From NCBI GenBank assembly GCA_963588055.1, contig CAVAGB010000002.1:66527-130526 (forward strand): DNA of 64,000 bases, read 5' to 3'. This document shows positions 44,963 to 53,967 of the stretch, one piece after another. The notes under the pieces were generated by a model. It saw only the letters and a list, made by a program, of their open reading frames with translations, ran no database searches and was not told the origin of the DNA. Position numbers and translations under genes: made by a program. This stretch comes from Erysipelotrichaceae bacterium. GTDB lineage: Bacteria > Bacillota_I > Bacilli_A > RFN20 > CAG-826. Position 1 is the stretch's first letter. Each line of letters begins with the position of its first letter.

Positions 44963-45850
44963 TTAGGAAAGGGGCAAATCGCTTTTGCTGAGATCCAAGA
45001 GGAGATCTTCTTCCCCTTTTATCCAAGTGATCGGGAACTGATGGCGGAACCAGGTCATCTGCTTTTTCACGTAATGCCTCGTGTTTTCTTTGATGAGGTC
45101 CTTGGTCTCCTCTAGGCTAGCCTTGCCATCCCAATACGGAAAGAATTCCTTCACCCCGATGGCTTGGAAAGCGTGGGGGTTGCGGCCGTATTTCTGGACG
45201 AGGGAGCGGTTCTCCTCTTCCAAGCCTAAGGCAAACATCCTATCCACCCGTTCTTCAACTAGCGGATATAAATCACCCCGCTCGATGTCCATCCCATAGA
45301 AGCGGATGTCGAAAAGCGGTTTGTGCTCTTGCTCGGCGAGCGACTCCGAACGTCTTTTCCCCGTCGCGAGGAAATATTGGATGAGCCTCAGCACCCTCCG
45401 CCTGTTGTGCGGATGGATGGCTTTGGCCCCAGTTGGATCGATCTCGCAGGCTTTCTGATAGAGTTCATCTTCCTCGAGGCTTTCATAAGAAGACATATCG
45501 ACTTCCTTCTCCTCAGGGAACTCATAATCGAATAGCCCCGCTTTGATGTAGAGACCGGTGCCTCCTGCGATGATGATCGGACGGGAGGTTTTAGCCAATT
45601 CGTATATCTCCCCTCGCAGATCGCTTTGGTACTCGGCGACGTTGTAATCGGAATCAAGGGGGACGAAATCGAAAAGATAGTGCGGGACTTCCATTCTCAT
45701 GGATTCGCTAGGCTTCGCGGTGGCGATGCCTAACTCTTGATAGACCTGATAGGCGTCGGCGTTGATAACGACCCCGCCAAGGCGCTTAGCTAGAGAGACC
45801 GCCAAGGCGCTTTTGCCGCTTCCTGTCGGCCCAGTCAAAACCAAAATCAT
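44963..45850 (-). CDS. miaA: tRNA dimethylallyltransferase
   Basis: ILVLTGPTGSGKSALAV...INADAYQVYQELGIATAKP. Confidence 0.9.
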   Translation of the reverse strand: MILVLTGPTGSGKSALAVSLAKRLGGVVINADAYQVYQELGIATAKPSESMRMEVPHYLFDFVPLDSDYNVAEYQSDLRGEIYELAKTSRPIIIAGGTGLYIKAGLFDYEFPEEKEVDMSSYESLEEDELYQKACEIDPTGAKAIHPHNRRRVLRLIQYFLATGKRRSESLAEQEHKPLFDIRFYGMDIERGDLYPLVEERVDRMFALGLEEENRSLVQKYGRNPHAFQAIGVKEFFPYWDGKASLEETKDLIKENTRHYVKKQMTWFRHQFPITWIKGEEDLLLDLSKSDLPLS

Positions 45851-47598
45851 TGCAAATCCCCGCTGATTTCCTTCAAAAGTCCAGTCAAATCTTCTTCTGC
45901 GTTTTCCAAATTGAGATAGACCGGGTGCTCTTTGTACTGCTTCATAGACGACTCGTAATCGTTCTTCGCCTTCTGGTATTCTTCCTCGTTTTGCTGGTTT
46001 GCGTAGGACATCATCCGTTTCTGGGCGTCTTCGATCGCGTCGCGCAGCATCTGCAAAGAAGGGTCTTTCTCAAAGCTTTCTTTTGCCTCGAAATAGCGTT
46101 TCGACTCCGCTTCGTCTTTCAAGCATTTGGCGAGATTATCACCCAGAAGAAGCAAAGGGTCCCTCGTCAATTCGCCGATCATCGAGAAGGCATGGTCCTC
46201 TAAGATTTTGACGGGGACGATGAGCCCCTTCAAAGAGGCAGGGCCAGCAAAGTTGATTAGCTTGCCCGATTCGGTGTAGCCGGAAAGCATGCGCGGGTCC
46301 TTCTTGGAGGGGCCGTCGACAAGAACCTCATAGGTCTTCCCTAGCATCTTGGAGGAATGGGACATCACCCCTTGCTCAATCACCTTCAGAAGGCGGTTGA
46401 ACCTCTCGTGCTTATCCGCGTCGGAGACATTGTCTTTCATCGCCGCGGCAGGAGTGCCTTTGCGCGGGGAATAGATGAAGGTGAAAGCCGCGTCGTATTT
46501 GACCTCCTCGCAGAGAGTCAAGGTATCCATGAACTGTTCCTCGTTCTCATTGGGGAAGCCGACGATGATGTCAGTGGTGATGGCGCAGCCCGGGATCTTC
46601 TCGCGGATCTCCTTGACGAGGGCGAGATATTCCTCTCTGGTGTAGCGCCTGCCCATCCGACGGAGGATTTCGCTGTTCCCGGATTGCAAAGGCAGATGGA
46701 TGCAATGCATGATGTTCGGGTACTTTGCGATCACCTCGAACATCTCAGAAGAGAAATCCCAAGGATGGCTCGTCATGAAGCGGAGGCGAGGGATGCCCGT
46801 CTCAGCCACTTTCGAGAGGCAGGTCGCGAAGTTCGTCCCATCGCCGAAATCCTTGCCATAGCTGTTCACATTCTCTCCAAGCAAGGTGATCTCCTGGAAA
46901 CCCTCGTCGACGAGTTTTCGACATTCGTCAACGATCTCGTTTAACGGCCTAGAGCGTTCCCTGCCCCTGGTGTAAGGGACGATGCAGTAAGTGCAGAATT
47001 TGTCGCAGCCATAGGAGATGTTCACGTAGGCCTTGATGTTGTCTAGACGCGTTGAGGGAAGATTCTCGAAGACATTCCCTTCTCCCGAGACGATCGAAAC
47101 GAGATCCTTCTTTCTTCTCAGATGGGCGTCCAAAAGCTTCAGGATGTCCTGGATGTTGTGCGTGCCGAAGATGAGGTTCACATAGGGATAGCTCTTCATG
47201 ATCTTCTCAGCCACGCCCTCTTCTTGCATCATGCATCCGCAGACGCCGAGGATGAAATGCTCCGGGTCTTTGTAATGTTTGGCTTTGTATTTTCCTATCT
47301 CGCCGTAGACTTTTTCCTCGGCGTTCTCCCTGACCGCGCAGGTGTTGATGATGACAACATCCGCCTCTTCATCGCTGTTGGCCTTGCTCATCCCAGCCAG
47401 TTCGAAATATCCGCCAAGGACCTCTTCATCCCTGACGTTTCCTTGGCATCCAAACGTTTTTATGAGGTATTTGCGGCCTTTTCCATAAGCAGCGACCGCG
47501 GAAGGGACGTTTATGTCGGCCCGCAGAATCTCTGCTTTCTTCTCCCTGCTGCGCGCTTTGTTCATATCTGGGAGAGAGACGAATTCAGTCCGTGCCAT
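45847..47598 (-). CDS. miaB: tRNA-2-methylthio-N6-dimethylallyladenosine synthase MiaB with C-terminal YmcA/RicA(YlbF-family)-like extension
   Basis: UPF0004 domain (TFGCQGN), radical-SAM CDKFCTYCIVP motif and a TRAM domain ending near ...IGELTRD. About 113 extra residues follow (NLAKCLKDEAE...HPVYLNLENAEEDLTGLLKEISGDLQ). Confidence 0.85.
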   Translation of the reverse strand: MARTEFVSLPDMNKARSREKKAEILRADINVPSAVAAYGKGRKYLIKTFGCQGNVRDEEVLGGYFELAGMSKANSDEEADVVIINTCAVRENAEEKVYGEIGKYKAKHYKDPEHFILGVCGCMMQEEGVAEKIMKSYPYVNLIFGTHNIQDILKLLDAHLRRKKDLVSIVSGEGNVFENLPSTRLDNIKAYVNISYGCDKFCTYCIVPYTRGRERSRPLNEIVDECRKLVDEGFQEITLLGENVNSYGKDFGDGTNFATCLSKVAETGIPRLRFMTSHPWDFSSEMFEVIAKYPNIMHCIHLPLQSGNSEILRRMGRRYTREEYLALVKEIREKIPGCAITTDIIVGFPNENEEQFMDTLTLCEEVKYDAAFTFIYSPRKGTPAAAMKDNVSDADKHERFNRLLKVIEQGVMSHSSKMLGKTYEVLVDGPSKKDPRMLSGYTESGKLINFAGPASLKGLIVPVKILEDHAFSMIGELTRDPLLLLGDNLAKCLKDEAESKRYFEAKESFEKDPSLQMLRDAIEDAQKRMMSYANQQNEEEYQKAKNDYESSMKQYKEHPVYLNLENAEEDLTGLLKEISGDLQ

Positions 47599-48391
47599 AT
47601 CGTTTTTCCTTTCCGTTTACATAGAACTTCGGGGTGATGCTTTTGCATAGCCCTGTGATGGGGTCTAGATCGATGAGGATGAGATTGACTTGCTTATCCC
47701 CTTCGTTAGGAAAGGATAAGCGGGCCTCGGGATTTTGAAACATAAAGCGGTCGATGGCGCTTTCTTTCGAGGCCCCGATAACTGTGTCGTAACCTCCGCA
47801 CATCCCCGCATCGCTGATGTAGCCGGTCCCATTGGGCAAGACATGAGCGTCGTTTGTCTGAACGTGCGTATGGGTCCCCACCACAACGCTCACTTCCCCA
47901 TCGTAGCCGTAAGCGAATACTTGCTTCTCTGATGTGCTGTCGGCATGGAAGTCGACGAAATGGAACTTCGTCTCCCCTTCTTCTAGCAACGCGTTCATCG
48001 TCTCGCAAGGAGACCTCACCTCTTCAGTCATGAAAGCTTGCCCAAGGAGGTTCGTGACGCGGAGATCGCCTTCTTCCGTTTTGAAGACGGCGCTCCCCGT
48101 ACCTTTATGGAAAGAAAGGAGATTCGCTGGACGCACAAGCAGATCGGCCTCGCCGATGTAATTGTCGATTTGGTTGCGCGAATGCCAATGGTTGCCTAAG
48201 GTAACGCAGTCAATGCCAAGGGCGATCAAAGACGCGTAATCCTTATAGGAAAGCCCTTTGCCTTTGGTGACATTCTCGCCGTTAGCGATCACGAAATCAG
48301 GGTGATACGTCTTCCTTAAAAACGGCAAAACGTCGGACACCGCGGCTAGGCCGAGTGGTCCGACGATATCGCCGAAGAACAGAATCCTCAT
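47585..48391 (-). CDS. ymdB: YmdB-family metallophosphoesterase (2',3'-cyclic-nucleotide phosphodiesterase)
   Basis: MRILFFGDIVG...ANGENVTKGKG...TLGNHW motifs (TIGR00282-like). Confidence 0.85.
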   Translation of the reverse strand: MRILFFGDIVGPLGLAAVSDVLPFLRKTYHPDFVIANGENVTKGKGLSYKDYASLIALGIDCVTLGNHWHSRNQIDNYIGEADLLVRPANLLSFHKGTGSAVFKTEEGDLRVTNLLGQAFMTEEVRSPCETMNALLEEGETKFHFVDFHADSTSEKQVFAYGYDGEVSVVVGTHTHVQTNDAHVLPNGTGYISDAGMCGGYDTVIGASKESAIDRFMFQNPEARLSFPNEGDKQVNLILIDLDPITGLCKSITPKFYVNGKEKRYGTD

Positions 48392-48393
48392 GC

Positions 48394-49956
48394 TTACTTG
48401 GCGGTTTCAATCGCGCGGTATTCGCGGATGACTGAAACTTTGATTTCGCCAGGGTAGTTCATCTCGTTCTGGATTTTCTCTTTCATCTGCTGGGCCATCA
48501 CGACGGCTTCCGAATCGCTAATCTTCTCAGGGATCACCATCACGCGGATCTCCCTGCCGGCCTGCAAAGCGTAAGCGGTCTGAACGCCATCGAATGATTT
48601 TCCGATGGTCTCAAGCTGCTCGATTCTCTTGATGTAGGTCTCGATGGTCTCGCTGCGGGCGCCGGGGCGGGCGGCAGACAAAGTATCGCCGGCCGCGACG
48701 AGGTGGGAGATGATGTAGCGCGCCTCGACGTCGCCGTGGTGGCTCTCGATCGCGTTGAGGACGACGTCGCCCTCGCCGAATTTCTTCGCAAGCTGCGCGC
48801 CGAGCTCGGTGTGCTTTCCTTCGATTTCGAAGTCGACGGCTTTGCCGATGTCGTGGAGCAAGCCGGCGCGGCGGGCGAGGTTCACATCAAGCCCGAGCTC
48901 GCCAGCCATGATGCCGGCGAAATAGGCGACTTCCATGGAGTGCTGAAGGACGTTCTGCCCATAGGAGGTGCGGTAATGGAGGCGGCCGATGTAACCCATG
49001 AGCTCTCGGTTGATGTTGTTGAGCCCGAGCTTATAGCAAGCTTCCTGCCCGTATTTCTGGGTGGATTCGCTAACTTCGCGTTTGCATTTGGCAACGACTT
49101 CTTCGATTCTGCCGGGTTGAATGCGGCCATCTTTCACTAGATACTCGAGAGAGCGCCTGGCGATTTCGCGGCGGATCGGATCAAAGCAAGAGACGGTGAT
49201 AACCTCAGGGGTGTCGTCGATGACGAGGTCAACGCCAAGCTGCGATTCGAGAACTTTGATGTTCCTTCCTTCGCGCCCGATGATGCGGCCCTTCATCTCA
49301 TCGCTAGGCAAAGCGACGACCGAGACCGTCCTTTCGGTAGCGACGTCTTGGGCGTATTTCTGGACGGCGAGGGAGAGAAGGTTCGTAGCCTTCGTCTCGA
49401 CGGCGGCTTTCGCCTCGTCTTCCTTGTTTTTGATATAAGCGGCGATTTCGCTGGCCATTTTGCTTTCGACGCGGGCCATGATCTCGTCATGGGCCTCTTT
49501 CACCGACATGCCGGCGACTTTTTCGAGTTCCTGGAGAATGACCCCGATCTTGGCGTCTAGTTCCTCGCCTTTCTTCTTGTTGACCTCGATCTCATGCTCA
49601 AGCTGCTCTTTCTTCGCGTCGAGGTTATTCTCTTTCTGAATCAAAGCGGCATCCCTGGCGTCGATGGATTGCTCCCTGGCGTCGAGCTTCTTCTCTTCGT
49701 CTGCGATCTCTCCTTTGCGGATGCGGATTTCCTCGTCCGCTTTCTTCTTGGCCTCGAAGGCGACTTGCTTTGCGTCGAGCTCGGCGTTTTTCGTCAGGTG
49801 GTCGGCTTTGATTTTGGCGTCATGGAGGATTTCCTCGGCGTTGCGCGAGGCGCTTTTCGTCTTGCTTTTCCCGATGAGGAAAACGACGGCCAAAGCGATG
49901 GCCGCGAGCCATCCGACGATGGCGAGGATGAGGAAGGTGATCGACAATTCATTCAT
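48394..49956 (-). CDS. rny: ribonuclease Y
   Basis: N-terminal TM helix, a coiled-coil, a KH domain (GRIIGREGRNI) and an HD domain (LLHDIGKA). Confidence 0.95.
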   Translation of the reverse strand: MNELSITFLILAIVGWLAAIALAVVFLIGKSKTKSASRNAEEILHDAKIKADHLTKNAELDAKQVAFEAKKKADEEIRIRKGEIADEEKKLDAREQSIDARDAALIQKENNLDAKKEQLEHEIEVNKKKGEELDAKIGVILQELEKVAGMSVKEAHDEIMARVESKMASEIAAYIKNKEDEAKAAVETKATNLLSLAVQKYAQDVATERTVSVVALPSDEMKGRIIGREGRNIKVLESQLGVDLVIDDTPEVITVSCFDPIRREIARRSLEYLVKDGRIQPGRIEEVVAKCKREVSESTQKYGQEACYKLGLNNINRELMGYIGRLHYRTSYGQNVLQHSMEVAYFAGIMAGELGLDVNLARRAGLLHDIGKAVDFEIEGKHTELGAQLAKKFGEGDVVLNAIESHHGDVEARYIISHLVAAGDTLSAARPGARSETIETYIKRIEQLETIGKSFDGVQTAYALQAGREIRVMVIPEKISDSEAVVMAQQMKEKIQNEMNYPGEIKVSVIREYRAIETAK

Positions 49957-50174
49957 AATAAAACTCCTGCATAAAGAGCACCCAGGCTACACGTATGTTT
50001 TGCTTATATAGTTAAGTTGGGAACTTGATCTATAGCAACCCAATCAATAGGACAATGGGTGTATACCTTTTGGTACGGCTTTATTCTAACAAGTTAGGCG
50101 AGGAAAAAGTAGCGACAAATGACCCTTTTCCTCGAAAATGAAAAAGGAGAGGGGACGTGTATCGGAATTCGACT

Positions 50175-51353
50175 TTACTTTTGTAGCGATGCGGAGAGGA
50201 AGAGGCCTTCCTCGTCGGTCTTCACATCGATTGAGCCTCTCAAGAGAGGCTTGAGATATGCATGGAATTCAGGGGAAAGAGACGAGGTTGAAAGAATCCA
50301 TTCCTTGGGGAAGAGGCGGTTCTTATTGGCAACGTCTTTTGCGGGAACAGGGATGATCTCATAGGAATAAGGCTCATTCGAAAGGCGTTTGATGGCCATC
50401 ATGACTCCGCTTTGTCCATCTAAAGCCGCATCCAAGGCGGCAGCGCCTAGCTCAGATGCTTCCAAGGAGTCCTGTTTCGAAACCAAGTACGGATTTGCGC
50501 GGACGGGCGTGCTCAAAATCACGGTCCTCACCCCGATGCCGAGTCTCTTGTTGATCAATTTGCCGAGCTCAAGGGCGACCCCTTCCTGCGAGACGTGCCC
50601 AAAGGAATCGTAGAACGCCAAAGTGTCGTGATGAACGGGGATCCCTTCGGATAGGACGGCGACGCAGGTCCCTTTCCTTTTGTAAGCCTCCTCAACTTCC
50701 TTGAGGAAGGTTTCCTCAGAGAAGTCGCTCTCGGGGAGATGGATGAGATCGGGGTGGAAAGGGGCTACCAGCAAATCTGAGGATGCGGCAAGCCAACCCG
50801 CCTCTCTGCCCATCACTTCAATTAGGACCACTTTGCCCTTGCCGTAGCTATGGGCGTCGATGGAGATGAGCTTAACCTGGTTCATGACGTGCCTTGCGGC
50901 GCTGGCGAAGCCGGGGCAATGATCGGTCAAGGCAAGGTCGTTATCGATGGTCTTTGGGATGCCGACAACGCTGATCCCGCTCTTTGAGAAGTGCTCGCCG
51001 AGTTTGGCACAGGTATCCATCGAATCGTTCCCGCCGTTAGGCAAAACAGCTGAGATATCGTGTTTTTGCAGGGTTTTCAAAATCGAATCCCAGATAGTCA
51101 CATCATTGTTCAGCTTTTTCCTGGATGAGCCGAGCAAGACGCCTGGGGTCTGAGGTAGGAGCTCGATGTCTTTCTCATCCAAGCAAGATAGATCGATGAG
51201 GTCGTCTTTGATGAGTCCTTCGATGCCATTATGGGATCCGAAAACATGAACGCCTTTCTTTTTGGCTTCCTTGAGGACGCCATAGAGAGAGGAGTTGATG
51301 ACGGCGGTAGGACCACCGGATTGGAAATAGCAAACGTTGATGTCTTTTTTCAT
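50175..51353 (-). CDS. pfk: 6-phosphofructokinase, probably pyrophosphate-dependent type
   Basis: SGGPTAVIN, NGGNDS and GIPKTIDNDL motifs. Asp and Lys occupy the positions that are Gly in ATP-dependent E. coli PfkA (GGDGS / PGTIDND). Confidence 0.8.
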   Translation of the reverse strand: MKKDINVCYFQSGGPTAVINSSLYGVLKEAKKKGVHVFGSHNGIEGLIKDDLIDLSCLDEKDIELLPQTPGVLLGSSRKKLNNDVTIWDSILKTLQKHDISAVLPNGGNDSMDTCAKLGEHFSKSGISVVGIPKTIDNDLALTDHCPGFASAARHVMNQVKLISIDAHSYGKGKVVLIEVMGREAGWLAASSDLLVAPFHPDLIHLPESDFSEETFLKEVEEAYKRKGTCVAVLSEGIPVHHDTLAFYDSFGHVSQEGVALELGKLINKRLGIGVRTVILSTPVRANPYLVSKQDSLEASELGAAALDAALDGQSGVMMAIKRLSNEPYSYEIIPVPAKDVANKNRLFPKEWILSTSSLSPEFHAYLKPLLRGSIDVKTDEEGLFLSASLQK

Positions 51354-51359
51354 TCTTTG

Positions 51360-51365
51360 ATTGTA
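51360..51365 (-). promoter_or_regulatory. -10 hexamer TACAAT, 6 nt upstream of pfk ATG (leaderless candidate)
   Basis: The minus strand reads gggTACAATcaaagaATG. There is no SD. The hexamer sits 12 nt downstream of the recA terminator. Confidence 0.35.
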
Positions 51366-51377
51366 CCCGTGAGGGCA

Positions 51378-51407
51378 ACAAAAAAGGAAGCGGTTGCGCT
51401 TCCTTTT
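51378..51407. terminator. terminator after recA (bidirectional form)
   Basis: AGGAAGCG gttg CGCTTCCT, flanked by an A-run and a T-run. Confidence 0.7.
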
Positions 51408-51417
51408 GAATCGAACG

Positions 51418-52455
51418 TCATTCTTCTGCGTCTTCTTCGCTCGCGGCTTCCTTGCTCATCGCTTCGCGGACGCCTTTTTCGATGCTAGCGGCGACGTCGG
51501 GATGCTCACGAAGATAGGCTTTGCAAGCTTCCCTGCCGTTGCCGATCTTGTTCCCTTCGAACTCATACCAGGAGCCGGTCTTCTTGAGGAATCCGTACTT
51601 ATCGCCGAGATCGAGCATCTCGCCTTCGCGCGAGATCCCTTGCCCGAAGATCATCTCGATGACGCAGGATTTGAAGGGAGGGGCGACTTTGTTCTTCACG
51701 ACTTTGACCTTCACGGTGTTGCCGATCACGTTCGCGCCTTCTTTGATGGCTTCGGCGCGGCGGATGTCAAGGCGGATGGTCGCGTAGAACTTAAGCGCGC
51801 GCCCGCCGGTGGTCGTTTCGGGGTTGCCATAGATGACGCCGACCTTCTCGCGCAGCTGATTGATGAAGATGACGCTGCAGCGCGTCTTGGCCAAAACGCC
51901 GGCGATTTTGCGCATGCCTTTGGACATGAGCCTCGCCTGCAAGCCGACTTGGTTGTCAGACATGACTCCATCCAGCTCAGCTTGGGGGACCAAGGCGGCG
52001 ACGGAGTCGACCACGATGAGGTCGAGGGCATTGCTCTCCGCCAGCATCTCGCAGATCTCCAAAGCCTGCTCGCCGGAATCGGGCTGAGAAAGGATGAGGT
52101 CATCGATGTTGACGCCGAGCTTCTTCGCGTATTCGGGATCGATGGAGTGCTCCGCGTCGATGTAGGCGGCGCGGCCTCCTTTTTTCTGGGCTTGCCCAAC
52201 AGCCTCCAAGGCGAGCGTGGTCTTGCCGGAAGATTCGGGGCCGTAGATCTCGATGATTCTCCCTTTTGGATAACCTCCAACGCCAAGAGCTTGGTCGAGG
52301 AGGATGGAGCCGGTCGGGATGACGTCCACGTCCACCTTCGGATGGTCGCCTAGGCGCATGACCGCGCCTTTGCCATATGCCTTTTCGATGGAACGCAAAG
52401 CGTCTGCCAAGGCCTGGTCTTTGTCGGTGTTGATGTTTTGATTAGCTTTTACCAT
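51418..52455 (-). CDS. recA: recombinase RecA
   Basis: [21 protein letters not shown] and [11 protein letters not shown] motifs. A GGAGG SD lies upstream. Confidence 0.97.
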   Translation of the reverse strand: MVKANQNINTDKDQALADALRSIEKAYGKGAVMRLGDHPKVDVDVIPTGSILLDQALGVGGYPKGRIIEIYGPESSGKTTLALEAVGQAQKKGGRAAYIDAEHSIDPEYAKKLGVNIDDLILSQPDSGEQALEICEMLAESNALDLIVVDSVAALVPQAELDGVMSDNQVGLQARLMSKGMRKIAGVLAKTRCSVIFINQLREKVGVIYGNPETTTGGRALKFYATIRLDIRRAEAIKEGANVIGNTVKVKVVKNKVAPPFKSCVIEMIFGQGISREGEMLDLGDKYGFLKKTGSWYEFEGNKIGNGREACKAYLREHPDVAASIEKGVREAMSKEAASEEDAEE

Positions 52456-52506
52456 TTGATAATGCCTCCACCATTCAATAAAAGAGAATTTCGGGTTTTA
52501 CCCAAT

Positions 52507-52986
52507 TTATTTCGAATCTTCTGGAAATAAGCTCGCGGCAAAGGCGATCATCGCCTCGACGGTCGCTTCCCTTATCTCGTTGCGGCTGCCTTCTAGATGC
52601 AAGGGGATATTCCAAACGTTCCCTTGATAGGCGAGGCCGAGATAGACGGTGCCGACGGGCTCCCCGCCTTCTTGCACGTCGGGCCCGGCGTTGCCGGTGC
52701 AGGAGACGCAGACGTCGACCCCGAGGAGTTTCCTGCCTCCCGCGGCCATCTCAACGGCGACTTGAGGGGAAACCACGCCGTATTTCTCGATGTCGGAGGC
52801 CTTCACCCCCACCACGTTCGCTTTGACTTTCGGATCGTAGGCGATGACTCCGCCTTTGTAGACGATGCTCGCCCCGGGAATCTCGCAGATGGTCGAGCCG
52901 AAGAGCCCGCCGGTCAAGGATTCGACGCAGCCTAGTTTCAAATTCCGCTGAGCCATCCTTTGCAAAAGGTCGTGCGCACTAATCAT
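52507..52986 (-). CDS. pncC: CinA C-terminal domain protein (PncC-type nicotinamide-nucleotide amidohydrolase)
   Basis: 159 aa containing CVESLTGGLFGS...GGVIAY, the CinA C-terminal domain only. Confidence 0.8.
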   Translation of the reverse strand: MISAHDLLQRMAQRNLKLGCVESLTGGLFGSTICEIPGASIVYKGGVIAYDPKVKANVVGVKASDIEKYGVVSPQVAVEMAAGGRKLLGVDVCVSCTGNAGPDVQEGGEPVGTVYLGLAYQGNVWNIPLHLEGSRNEIREATVEAMIAFAASLFPEDSK

Positions 52987-53620
52987 GGGATTCCTCCTTC
53001 AGAACATGACGGTTCTTGACGACGTAAATGATGCCTGAGATGAGGGACATCGCCGTCGCTATATATATAAGGATAGTGGCGATGCGCCATAAGGGGTTCC
53101 AGGGCAAATCAAAATAAGAGAACGGCCAGCCGTTTAGCATGACGATGGGGAGGGCGATCATCTGAAAGACGGTCTTCAATTTTCCGAAGATGTTCGCGGC
53201 CACAACCTTGCCTTTGCTCGCCGCGACGAATCTCATCGTGTCGACGACGAGGTCGCGCAGAACCATGAGGATGACGCAAAATGCGGGAATGCACAGGGCG
53301 CCTGGATTGAATTCCCAGGGGATTGCAAAGAAGATCAGGCAGGAATTGACGAGCATCTTGTCGGCGATCGGGTCGAGGAATTTGCCAAGGTCAGTGACTT
53401 CGTTGCGGCTTCTTGCTAGATATCCATCCAGCGCGTCGGTCGCGGAAGCAACGATGAAGACGATGGCCGCAATCAGCCCGACGAGCGGGACGCTGCCTAA
53501 ATAAGGGGTGACCCAATTGAAGAACTTGCCGCCCAAAGCCCACACGAAGAGGAAGATGAGCAAGGCGACGACGAGCACGATTCGAAGGATTGTGATTTTC
53601 GTTGGAAGATTGATTTTCAT
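52979..53620 (-). CDS. pgsA: CDP-diacylglycerol--glycerol-3-phosphate 3-phosphatidyltransferase
   Basis: DALDGYLARSRNEVTDLGKFLDPIADK is the CDP-alcohol phosphatidyltransferase motif. Confidence 0.88.
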   Translation of the reverse strand: MKINLPTKITILRIVLVVALLIFLFVWALGGKFFNWVTPYLGSVPLVGLIAAIVFIVASATDALDGYLARSRNEVTDLGKFLDPIADKMLVNSCLIFFAIPWEFNPGALCIPAFCVILMVLRDLVVDTMRFVAASKGKVVAANIFGKLKTVFQMIALPIVMLNGWPFSYFDLPWNPLWRIATILIYIATAMSLISGIIYVVKNRHVLKEESHD

Positions 53621-53635
53621 AGGTTTTCTAATGAG

Positions 53636-53962
53636 TGTCCGGTCCTATAAGCCATGTTTTGTCTAGGACGGCAATTTATCTCGGCTTTCGCCGGCTCCCT
53701 TTCCTTCAGTTCGGATTGGGCGCTTCCCCTACCAAATTTGGGTTTCTCGCTTGTGGGGTTTACCTCGTTTCATCTTGATGTCGCCATCAAGCTCGTCTCT
53801 GTGGCACCTTAGGGATTCCCTTCTCAAGAGAAGTTCCTCCGCCGTCACGCGCTCCCGCGTGCCTGGGGTTGATTCTTTCCCCAGCGCAATCACTACCGCC
53901 ATCGCAGGCGGTGCGAGCATGGACTTTCCTCTACCTTTCGGCAGCAGTCGTCCAGACCGGAA
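53636..53962 (-). ncRNA. rnpB: RNase P RNA, type B
   Basis: The minus strand contains GUAGAGGAAAGUCCAUGCUCGCAC, AAGGUGCCACAGAGACGA, GGUAAACCCCACAAGCGAGAAACCCAAAUUUGGUAGGGGAA and ACAAAACAUGGCUUAUAGGACC. These are near-identical to the B. subtilis RNase P RNA blocks as I recall them. P1 is UCCGGUC/GACCGGA. The ends are accurate to about 5 nt. Confidence 0.92.
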
Positions 53963-53967
53963 TGATT

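Noticed and set aside
51394-52353. 319-aa ORF antisense to recA
   Set aside because: Shadow ORF of a highly conserved gene. I recognise no motif in it.
52456-52506. LexA (Cheo box, GAAC-N4-GTTC) operator upstream of recA
   Set aside because: There is no GAAC-N4-GTTC-like dyad in the 51-bp gap or the adjacent 3' end of cinA.
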